This document shows positions 30,604-38,614 of a stretch of 64,000 bases of DNA, piece after piece. This stretch comes from Polyangiaceae bacterium (lineage in GTDB: Bacteria > Myxococcota_A > Polyangia > Polyangiales > Polyangiaceae). The stretch is from positions 2,912,001 to 2,976,000 of the forward strand of contig CBDCTZ010000016.1 in NCBI GenBank assembly GCA_965222375.1, read 5' to 3'. Position 1 is the stretch's first letter, and every line of letters starts with the position of its first letter. The position numbers and the translations under genes are program-made. The notes beneath the pieces were generated by a model, which saw only the letters and a list, made by a program, of their open reading frames with translations, searched no databases and had not been told where the DNA came from.

Positions 30604-33261
30604 ATGCCGTCTATCAGCTCGGAACGAGACGACTTTGTCGGCCGGGAGACGGAGCTCTCTGCCCTCAAGGCAGCCTGGTCTGGGGGCGATCGACTCCTCA
30701 CACTCCTTGGCCCGGGAGGAAGCGGGAAGACGCGTCTGGCCAGGCATTTCGCCTTGCGCGTCCGAGATTCCGATGAGCTTGAAACCCGGGTTTGGTTCTG
30801 CGATTTGGCGCAAGCCCGGGCCGGGCTCGAGTTGATCGAGGTCGTCGCCCGCAAGCTGGACCTACCCTTGGCGGGGTCCGGAGAAGTCGAGGCCTTGGCG
30901 CGGGGCGTGGCGCACGCCTTGGCAGAGGCAGGGCGCTGCTTGTTGGTACTGGACAACCTGGAGCAGGTCGTCGATGACGCCCGCGCCGTGATCGAACAAT
31001 GGCTCGATCTCGCACCAGAAGCGATGCTGCTGGTGACGAGTCGGGAGCGACTACGCGTGTCGGGTGAACGTTGCATCGCCTTGGGCTCACTGCCCCTGCC
31101 CTCGGTTGGTGCCAGCGCCGAGGCCATTCTGTCCGCAGACTCCGTGAAGCTGTTTGTCAGCCGTGCCAGCGCCGCCCGGATTGAATTCGCCGGACAGGCT
31201 GTGGACTGCGCCCCGGAACTCGCGGCCCTGGTGCGCAAGCTCGAGGGTCTTCCCTTGGCCATCGAGCTGTGTGCGGCACGCATTGTCAGCCTCAGCCCGG
31301 CGCAGTTGCTAGAGCGTTTGGACCACCGTTTCGAGACTCTGGTCGACCGTCGTGGACGCTCCGGGCGACAAGCTACGCTCGAGGCGACCATCGACTGGTC
31401 CTGGCAACTGCTCGGTGACGTCGAGCGCCAAGCCCTTTCCCAATGCACCGTGTTCCGCGGAGATTTCGACCTCGACGGAATTGAAGCGGTTACGTTGACC
31501 GAGCCACCGCAGTCCGGACTCGATCTGCTCGAGTCGCTGATCGACAAGTCGCTAGTCAGCGTGAGGGAGTCGAGTGCGGGGCCGCGCCGATACTTCCTGC
31601 TGGAAAGCGTCCGGGAGTTCTGCGAGGGCCACCTCGAGGGGTCCAAGCGGCAAGAGGCCGAAGAGCGCCACGCCGTTTTCTACCTGGCGCGCTACACTGA
31701 AGGCCCCCGAGGCTCCTTCGCCAGTCAAGCCGATGAGCCCAACCTGATCGCCGTCCACGAACGGGCGCTGCGCAACGGCAATCCCGGGCGCGCCCTCGAT
31801 GCCGCTCTGGCCCTCGAGCCCGTTCTCTCGACTCGAGGCCCCGTACAGCGTCTGATTGAATTGCTCGACGCCGCCATGCAGGGCGCTCCTGCAAGCGCGT
31901 CATTGGCTCGCGCCACGATGAGCAGAGGTCTCGCGAAGAGTTCGGCGGGGGACATCGCCGGAGCCGCCGAGGATTTCGTGGCAGCCGCAGACGCGGAGGA
32001 CAAAGCGCTCGCCATGCATGCTTGCGCGCGGCTCGGCGTGGCACTCACCTGGCTCGGCAAGCTCGATGCTGCGGAGGCGGCCTTGGAGCGGGGAGTTCAG
32101 CTGCGGGCAGAGGAGCGCGACCCATTTGCGGCCGGACAGGTGGAAATGGCGTACGGCATCTTGCGCTCCTTTCAAGGACGCATGACCGACGCCTTGGAGC
32201 ACTACGCGGCGGCCCTGGAGCGACTTCAGGCTAGTGGGGCGAAGCGCGATGAAGGTATGGCCCTCGAAAACCTCGGCAACCGCCATCTGGAGCGCGGTGA
32301 CTTGCCCGAGGCGGCCGACTACCTGAACGCCGCCTTGGAGCTCTTCCGCGAGCTGGGGGACCTGCGGCTCGAAGCACACACCTTGGGAGACGTCGCGGTG
32401 CTGCACGCCGAGCTGGGCAACTTCGAGCAGTCCGGGAGCGTGCTCGAGCGCGCCGTGTCCCTGGCTCAGCGCGTTGGTGACCGGCATTGGCAAGGGGTCC
32501 TAAGAGGCTTTCTTGGAGATCTCGCGCTAGAGCAAGACGACCCCGCTGCGGCATGTGAGCACTATCGCTTTGCAACGGACCAACTGAGTCGTGTGGGTAA
32601 TCGGCGCTTTGCTGCGGTATTCAAGGCCGCCCTTGCCGCGGCCGAGGCGCTGGCGGGTCGCACGGCCCGCGGCGGCGAGCTTTCCCAGGCCGCCCGCAGC
32701 GAACTGGAAGCAGCCGGAACTCCGGACGATCTCTGCGCCGCCGATCTCTGGTCCATCCTCGTTTCGCTCGCGCGCGACACGCCTTCGGACGCCACGGATG
32801 CGTCCAAAGCGGAGCTGCACCGCGCGGCTAGCCTACGCCGTGACGAGATCTTCCAAGCCTACGCCGCTCCCGATGCGCGCCCCCCCAACGAAGTGCGCCT
32901 GGCAGATCGCGTCGTTCGCCAGCGGCTCAGTGGCAGCGAGCAGCCCTCGGGATTGCGCATTGCCGAAGACGCCAGCTGGTTCGAGGCAGGCGGCGAGCGG
33001 GTCAACCTCAGCCGGCGCACCAGTTTGCGCCTGATCTTGGCGGAACTCTGCCGCACGCGAGAAACCGCTCCTGCTGAAGTTCGTGATGTCAACCAACTCT
33101 TCGAAGCGGGTTGGCCCGGCCAGCGTGTGAAAGCAGGCTCGGCAGCGCACCGAGTGCATGTCGCCATCGCTAGCCTGCGCAAACTAGGACTCGATAGCGT
33201 CCTCGAGACCCGCGGCGACGGTTACGCTCTCGGTGTCGATCCAACTCGAGCGCCACCCTGA
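30604..33261 (+). CDS. STAND-type ATPase + TPR repeats + C-terminal winged-helix DNA-binding domain
   Basis: FVGRE, Walker A GPGGSGKT, Walker B LLVLDN, VTSRE, GLPLAIEL, TPR helices, OmpR-like tail LFEAGWPG...RVHVAIASLRKLGL...GDGYAL; start 30580 or 30604. Confidence 0.9.
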   Translation: MPSISSERDDFVGRETELSALKAAWSGGDRLLTLLGPGGSGKTRLARHFALRVRDSDELETRVWFCDLAQARAGLELIEVVARKLDLPLAGSGEVEALARGVAHALAEAGRCLLVLDNLEQVVDDARAVIEQWLDLAPEAMLLVTSRERLRVSGERCIALGSLPLPSVGASAEAILSADSVKLFVSRASAARIEFAGQAVDCAPELAALVRKLEGLPLAIELCAARIVSLSPAQLLERLDHRFETLVDRRGRSGRQATLEATIDWSWQLLGDVERQALSQCTVFRGDFDLDGIEAVTLTEPPQSGLDLLESLIDKSLVSVRESSAGPRRYFLLESVREFCEGHLEGSKRQEAEERHAVFYLARYTEGPRGSFASQADEPNLIAVHERALRNGNPGRALDAALALEPVLSTRGPVQRLIELLDAAMQGAPASASLARATMSRGLAKSSAGDIAGAAEDFVAAADAEDKALAMHACARLGVALTWLGKLDAAEAALERGVQLRAEERDPFAAGQVEMAYGILRSFQGRMTDALEHYAAALERLQASGAKRDEGMALENLGNRHLERGDLPEAADYLNAALELFRELGDLRLEAHTLGDVAVLHAELGNFEQSGSVLERAVSLAQRVGDRHWQGVLRGFLGDLALEQDDPAAACEHYRFATDQLSRVGNRRFAAVFKAALAAAEALAGRTARGGELSQAARSELEAAGTPDDLCAADLWSILVSLARDTPSDATDASKAELHRAASLRRDEIFQAYAAPDARPPNEVRLADRVVRQRLSGSEQPSGLRIAEDASWFEAGGERVNLSRRTSLRLILAELCRTRETAPAEVRDVNQLFEAGWPGQRVKAGSAAHRVHVAIASLRKLGLDSVLETRGDGYALGVDPTRAPP

Positions 33262-33443
33262 GCATCGCCACTCGTTTTTGGTAGCGGTATCGACGATGAT
33301 CTGTGGTCCCCTCGTGCCAGCCAATGAAACGCTACCACACTAGTTTTGGGTTTGGGTCGACGCGCTTGTGACGCGCTTCGCGATGCCCGAAGGGGCAACA
33401 CCCGAAGGGGTGAGCCCTGTGTCGGCACCGGGCCACTACTCTA

Positions 33444-33750
33444 GAGCTGGGCCAAGCGCTGCGCCTGAGCGTACTGCCGCGCGAGGTACAAGCGGCGCGC
33501 CTGGGCGTATTGCGGCGCGAGTTGGGCCAAGCGGCGCGCCTGGGCGTATTGCCGCGCGAGTTGGGCCAAGCGGTACGCCTGGGCGTACTGCCGCGCGAGG
33601 TACAAGCGGCGCGCCTGGGCGTATTGCGGCGCGAGTTGGGCCAAGCGGCGCGCCTGGGCGTATTGCCGCGCGAGTTGGGCCACGCGGTACGCCTGGGCGT
33701 ATTGCCGCGCGAGCTGGGCCAAGCGGCACGACCTAGGCGTATTGCCGCGT
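33444..33750. repeat. Intergenic tandem array of 8 units (39/36 bp) with a 114-bp higher-order duplication
   Basis: Consensus GAGTTGGGCCAAGCGGCGCGCCTGGGCGTATTGCCGCGC; unit lengths 39,36,39,39,36,39,39,~40; no spacers. Confidence 0.95.
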
Positions 33751-33760
33751 GCGCCGGGAC

Positions 33761-34122
33761 TCAACGCATCATCGGTAGCATCATCGACAGCACGTAAGCG
33801 AACCATGCGAATTGCAGCGCCAGGAGAACGCTACGAGGATCCCGCAGACCTTGCCGGCGATCGTCATGCTGTACCCTTCCGGGTCCATGTTTCCGTAACG
33901 AATCTTGGGCAGATCTTGGTTGGCCAGGTACCAAGCGGCCGGCCCGGTGAGCGCGCACATACCGATGCTGACGATTCCCAAGATCAAGATCAGCAGACCC
34001 CGATGCGGCGCCTTGGGTTCCTCGACCTGATAGGCCGCCGGGGCAAAGCGGATCGGTGCAGATCCCGCGCGAGGTGCGAAGGCAGAATCGAAAGCGGTAG
34101 GCGGAACATTGGCTTGGGTCAT
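33761..34122 (-). pseudogene. DUF4190-like membrane protein with a 1-nt deletion at ~33834 (probable sequencing error)
   Basis: PHRGLLILILGIVSIGMCALTGPAAWYLANQDL...MDPEG...AGKVCGIL; restoring one base gives GSVLLALQFAWFAYVLSMMLPMMR*; span is 362 nt. Confidence 0.8.
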
Positions 34123-34154
34123 GGTATTTCTTTCGTTGATGTTGCCCGCCTCTT

Positions 34155-34171
34155 TGCGAGCGCTGTGCCAA
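34155..34171 (-). promoter_or_regulatory. Sigma-54 (-24/-12) promoter for the DUF4190-like gene
   Basis: Minus strand TTGGCACAGCGCTCGCA = GG-N10-GC, about 32 nt upstream of the ATG. Confidence 0.65.
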
Positions 34172-34432
34172 GTGGTTTGAGATCCTCTTGACTTGTTCGA
34201 ACAGGTCCTGTTCACCCACGGCAACGGAGCCGCCCTTATCGACCTTTGCTTTGATCGACCCGCTGACGGCCAAGTACAGATCCGTCGCGGCGCAGCCGAA
34301 GGGGCTCTGGCGCGGAGCTGTCTGCTCATTGGCGAGGGTCGGTACGTGCTCCGCCGGCAGTGGAGCCTCGGCTCTCATCGATGCGTCTTCTGCGTGAGCG
34401 CGCGCATCGATGAGGCCGTTCAGGCGCAGCAG

Positions 34433-36364
34433 CTATTCGCCGCCAAGGGTGCCAGGCACCCGAACCGATTCTGGCGACCCACCCGGGGCACTCGCCGCAG
34501 CAGTGGTGGCTGGGTGCACGGGCGGTAGTTCGAGATCCGCGTCGTCGACGATCAACGCCTGACCGTCTTCAGGGGGAGCGGGCTCGGCGGCCATCTTTCC
34601 CGCGGAAGGGTGGGCCGGCTGTGCATCCGGCGTACCCGCGGCAAGGCGGTTTGCCAGGCCTTCGGCCACACCTTGTACCCCGCCGACGAGGCCTCGTGCC
34701 AGATCCAGGGTTTGGTCATCGGCGGAATCGAGAAAGCCCCCGATGGTGGTGGCTAGGCGCTGTCCGGAGACCATCGACGACATCACTTTCGTCACGTCTT
34801 CGGGGGTGCCGTAGAGGTTGGCGCTCATCTTGGTGAACAGGCTGGCTTGCGCGTTCGCGAGCGCGACTCGAACTTCCTTTTCTGCCTCAACTCGGAGTTT
34901 GCTGATCTCGAAGTCTTGCGCCACTCGTCCGTGCTTCTCACGGGCTTCCAATTCGGCTTTGACGACGTTCGCGATCCGATCTTTCTCGAGTTCCAGCTCT
35001 GCCCTGGCCACCTGGACGGGAACCATGGCTTGGGCCTGAGCGCCGGCTGCGCGCAGCCGCTCGGCGTCGGCCTCGGCGTCCGCTTGCTTGCGCAGCGCTT
35101 CAGCCTGGGCGTTGGCCGCTAGCTTCTGCGCGTCCGCCTGGGTCTGGTGGGCGTAGGCGTCCGCATCTGCCTGGCGCTGCTGGGCGACGTAGATCTGCTC
35201 GGCGGCAGCCTGCGCCTCGATCACCTGGCGCCTTTTTTCGCGCTCGGCGGCCTCGGTCACTTGAACCGTCTCGACTGATTGGCGGGATCGCTCGCGCTCT
35301 GCTTCGGCATCGGCCAACTCGCGCTCCGCCGCCGCTCGCTGCCGCTCGGCCCGGGCAATCATTTCCTGCTTCTCGTGCTCCGCGACTTCCACGGCCTGTT
35401 GTTGCAGCCGACGGGCGACCTCGAGGGCTTTGCCCTTTTCGACCTCCGCGAGCTCCACCTCGCGCTCGGCGACAATTCGCTTCTCTTCGGCCTGGCGTTG
35501 GGCGTCGGCCTCCATCTTCTTGATTTCGGCGTATTGCTGGGCTCGAGCGCCGCGCTCCTGGCGGTCGAGATCGAGGATCCCCTGCTCGGTCTGAACATCC
35601 TGCTGTTTGCGGGCGTGCTCACCATCCCGCACCAGCCGGTTGCGCTCGGTGAGGTTCAGCTGAGTGATTTCCGCGATTTTGCGGCGCCCTTGTGCGTCGA
35701 AAATGTTCTCGGCCTTCAGGAACTGCTCGTCAGTTTGGTCCAGCTTGGAGATGGTCACCGTCTCTAGGATCAGACCGTTGGAGTTCAGGTCTTCGGCAAC
35801 CAGCTTGATGACCTCGGTGAGAAACTCGTCCCGCTCGGAGTTGAGCTGCTCGAGGGTCTTGCCCGCAGCAGCAGTGCGCAGCGCCGATACGAGCTTGTCT
35901 TCGACCAAGGCCTTGACGGCTGGGGGCGAGGTCTCGCCCAGGGAGCGCGCTGCTTGCAGGATGCTGTCCCGGTCGGGCTGAACGCGCACATAGAACTCGG
36001 CTCGGATGTCGGCGCGCAACTTGTCTTTGGTGATCAGCGCATCCTCGTTGGCGCGGGTCACCTCGAGCTTCAGGGTGCGCAGGGAAACTCGAACCAGGTC
36101 GTGGATCACCGGAATGATCACGGCCCCGCCATCGCGGATGACCTTGATACCGCCCGCGCCGCTCTTCACAAAAGCTTCGGACGCCTTGGTTCGCTGGTAG
36201 AGCTTCGTGATCACCAACAGTGCGCCGCTGACGATGAAGGTCAAGATGCCGCTGACCGTCAACAAGATGCTGGTCATCGGGTCGAGGCTGTGGCCAAGGC
36301 TCGAAAGCGCGATGGGGGTTGCCACCATCGCAGCGGCTAGTAAACAGAGTAGAACGACAACCAT
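34433..36364 (-). CDS. Flotillin / SPFH-domain protein (YqiK-like)
   Basis: N-terminal TM helices, LITKDKLRADIRAEFYVRV SPFH domain, long Ala/Glu-rich coiled coil; AGGAG RBS. Confidence 0.92.
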   Translation of the reverse strand: MVVVLLCLLAAAMVATPIALSSLGHSLDPMTSILLTVSGILTFIVSGALLVITKLYQRTKASEAFVKSGAGGIKVIRDGGAVIIPVIHDLVRVSLRTLKLEVTRANEDALITKDKLRADIRAEFYVRVQPDRDSILQAARSLGETSPPAVKALVEDKLVSALRTAAAGKTLEQLNSERDEFLTEVIKLVAEDLNSNGLILETVTISKLDQTDEQFLKAENIFDAQGRRKIAEITQLNLTERNRLVRDGEHARKQQDVQTEQGILDLDRQERGARAQQYAEIKKMEADAQRQAEEKRIVAEREVELAEVEKGKALEVARRLQQQAVEVAEHEKQEMIARAERQRAAAERELADAEAERERSRQSVETVQVTEAAEREKRRQVIEAQAAAEQIYVAQQRQADADAYAHQTQADAQKLAANAQAEALRKQADAEADAERLRAAGAQAQAMVPVQVARAELELEKDRIANVVKAELEAREKHGRVAQDFEISKLRVEAEKEVRVALANAQASLFTKMSANLYGTPEDVTKVMSSMVSGQRLATTIGGFLDSADDQTLDLARGLVGGVQGVAEGLANRLAAGTPDAQPAHPSAGKMAAEPAPPEDGQALIVDDADLELPPVHPATTAAASAPGGSPESVRVPGTLGGE

Positions 36365-36406
36365 TGGATTCTCCTTTTTGGGTCAATTGCCGCGGTCTTC
36401 GCGGAT

Positions 36407-37021
36407 TCAGATGGGGCTCTTGGCGACGGTGAATTCGTGCTGGTCACTGTCGTACTCGGTGACCAGCACGGGGCTGCCCGCTTCGATTGCGCCGTCGTAG
36501 GTCCTGCAACGGATGCGCATCTGGGTGCCGTCTTCATCCGTGACGTGCGCGATGCCGAAGTCACGGCTGATATCGAGGGTGGCGACGCCGGTCTTTCCGA
36601 CCAGTGCGTCCATCGGAGATGCGTAGGTCTCAGTGCTCGGCAACAAGCGGGCGAGCCAATGTGCAGCGGCTCCCGTGAGTACTGGCGTTGCAAGCAGGGC
36701 AATCCCCAGTGCAACCCCGGCTGCAGCGTTCGGGCCGAGGGCTGCAGCGAACAGGGCTTTGACGACCAACCCAACACCTCCGAAGGTAAAGGCTGCCGTC
36801 ATCAGCAGAATCGAAAGCGGCACTCGGCCTACGCCGAGCAGGGAAAGCGCTGCGGCGAACCAAGACGTTTCGGTCTCGCCATCTGCATCGGCGTCGGCGT
36901 CCGCATCCACGTCGAGGTCACCACCGAAGTCGGCTAGCCCAGCTGCCGACCCGAAGAGCAACGCGAGTCCGATGCCGAGAGGCAGAATGAAGACGAGGGT
37001 ATGCCAGGTGAGAAATGCCAC
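36407..37021 (-). CDS. NfeD/YqiJ-like membrane protein with C-terminal OB-fold
   Basis: TM helices, acidic DADADAD loop, LGVGRVPLSI, LVGKTGV...GSPVLVTEYD; GTG at 37021 with AAGGAG RBS. Confidence 0.88.
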   Translation of the reverse strand: MAFLTWHTLVFILPLGIGLALLFGSAAGLADFGGDLDVDADADADADGETETSWFAAALSLLGVGRVPLSILLMTAAFTFGGVGLVVKALFAAALGPNAAAGVALGIALLATPVLTGAAAHWLARLLPSTETYASPMDALVGKTGVATLDISRDFGIAHVTDEDGTQMRIRCRTYDGAIEAGSPVLVTEYDSDQHEFTVAKSPI

Positions 37022-37046
37022 TACGAACTCCTTTGGCGGGAGGCAT

Positions 37047-37062
37047 TGCGATTGCCGTGCCG
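37047..37062 (-). promoter_or_regulatory. Sigma-54 (-24/-12) promoter for the NfeD-like/flotillin operon
   Basis: Minus strand CGGCACGGCAATCGCA = GG-N10-GC, just upstream of the RBS and adjacent to a divergent bEBP gene. Confidence 0.7.
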
Positions 37063-37173
37063 AAGGCCAAAGCGCGGCGCGGTCGGAGTTTTGCTGGCCG
37101 GAGCCGCTGGATGCTGCGCTGTGTAGATGCGAAACGCATATGCATAACGCAGCAATGATGCTAAATGTGTCAT

Positions 37174-38472
37174 ATGCGCCTACAGCGGACCCTAGAGTTG
37201 GCGGTTCGGAATCCCTTCGAACAGCCACCTGGGGTCTGGGCCGAGGTGTGTGGTCGGCTACTCGAAGCACGGCCCGCCGCACTGATCAGCAAGGAACTGT
37301 CGCGCAGTGACGTTGGACGGGCGAAACAGGTGATCCTCGCCGTGGCGCACGCCCAAGCGTGTGCCAACCCCGACGCGCCCAAGAAAGTCCTGGCGGACAG
37401 CCAGGTTTCAGCCCGGTTGTTCAAGAAGCTGTCGTCCTGTCGTGGAGATTTTCTCCGAATTGCGATGGCTGCGGGGCGCTGCTTCCGCGCGTTGCGGTCC
37501 CTGGCTGGTGGGTCCCGGGCCATGCAGCAAGTCCGGCGCGAAACTTGGGCTGCTTGCTTTGGACGGTCGCTGCACCACGCGCTCGTGCTGGAGAACGTCG
37601 TCCGAGACCACGACGTACTGATTCTCGGCGGAACTGGAACCGGCAAGGAGTCGATCGCCTACGCCATACAGGAAGGGACCCCTGGGCCCCCAGATGGTCG
37701 CCCGGCACCGCGTGCCGCGCTCAACGCGGCAGCGGTGCCCGAAACCCTGGTTGAAAGCGAACTATTCGGGCATGTAAAAGGCGCGTTCACCGGAGCCGCA
37801 GCGGCTCGTACTGGCCGCATTCGCTCGGCGGCGGGTGGATGCTTCTTTCTAGACGAGATTGGTGATCTGACGACCACTGCACAGGTGAAACTGTTGCGGG
37901 TCATGGAAACGGATCGCGTCAGCCCCCTGGGCTCGGATACAGCGCATCCGGTTGCGGTTCGATACGTCGCTGCGACCCATCAGGACCTGGCGTCCATGGT
38001 TGCCGCGGGGCGATTTCGAAATGACTTGTTTCAGCGCCTAGCCGGCAACGTCATACGGCTACCGCCGCTCAGCGAGCGGCCCGGCGACATCGAGGAGATC
38101 GGACGGGCGTTCGTCGACCGCTACGCCCAGGGGGAAGCCAAGGAGATGGACTTCAGCGGCGTCGAGCGCTGGTTGAAGAGTCCGGAGGCGCGCCGCTACC
38201 ACTGGCCCGGCAACGTCCGAGAGTTGCAGAACGCGCTACGCAACCTGCTGCTGGGATTGCCGGCTGGCATCAAAGCGGGTCGCGAGACCAGCACCGCAGG
38301 TGCAGCGGAGTTGCCCGTATCGGTGCGCGAGCGGACTGCCGCGCTGGCCCGCGTCGAAGATTGGTACATCAGGCGCGTCATCGAAGACACGGGTGGCAAC
38401 TTGACCCGCGCCGCCGAGCGACTCGGAATCAACCGCACGACGCTGACCCGCAGGGGCTACGACGCCGGCTGA
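37174..38472 (+). CDS. Sigma-54-dependent transcriptional activator (bEBP)
   Basis: GGTGTGKE Walker A, ESELFGHVKGAFTGA, FLDEIG, FRNDLFQRL, WPGNVREL, Fis-type HTH. Confidence 0.95.
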   Translation: MRLQRTLELAVRNPFEQPPGVWAEVCGRLLEARPAALISKELSRSDVGRAKQVILAVAHAQACANPDAPKKVLADSQVSARLFKKLSSCRGDFLRIAMAAGRCFRALRSLAGGSRAMQQVRRETWAACFGRSLHHALVLENVVRDHDVLILGGTGTGKESIAYAIQEGTPGPPDGRPAPRAALNAAAVPETLVESELFGHVKGAFTGAAAARTGRIRSAAGGCFFLDEIGDLTTTAQVKLLRVMETDRVSPLGSDTAHPVAVRYVAATHQDLASMVAAGRFRNDLFQRLAGNVIRLPPLSERPGDIEEIGRAFVDRYAQGEAKEMDFSGVERWLKSPEARRYHWPGNVRELQNALRNLLLGLPAGIKAGRETSTAGAAELPVSVRERTAALARVEDWYIRRVIEDTGGNLTRAAERLGINRTTLTRRGYDAG

Positions 38473-38614
38473 ACGTAGGGGTGACAAGCTCAGCTGTCGG
38501 CTCCTGAAACAAGCCTCTCTGCTTGGCGTTTCGACGGAAGTTCGCGTTATCGATGCTGGGGTCGCACCCCGTATGCAGCGCCCGGACACAAAGCGCGGTA
38601 GGCTTAGCGCCGTT

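Noticed and set aside
29838..31646. Long antisense or alternate-frame ORFs (for example 602 aa here, 394 aa at 12773, 354 aa at 51476)
   Set aside because: They shadow well-supported genes, show no motifs, and are expected in high-GC DNA with few stops
33444..33750. CRISPR array interpretation of the 36-39-bp repeats
   Set aside because: Units are directly adjacent with no unique spacers, and no cas genes are in the window
33510..33797. Plus-strand repeat ORF (LGVLPRELGQ) as a leucine-rich repeat protein
   Set aside because: It resembles the LPxEIGQ part of LRRs, but the 13-aa period lacks the LxxLxLxxN core and there is no credible start
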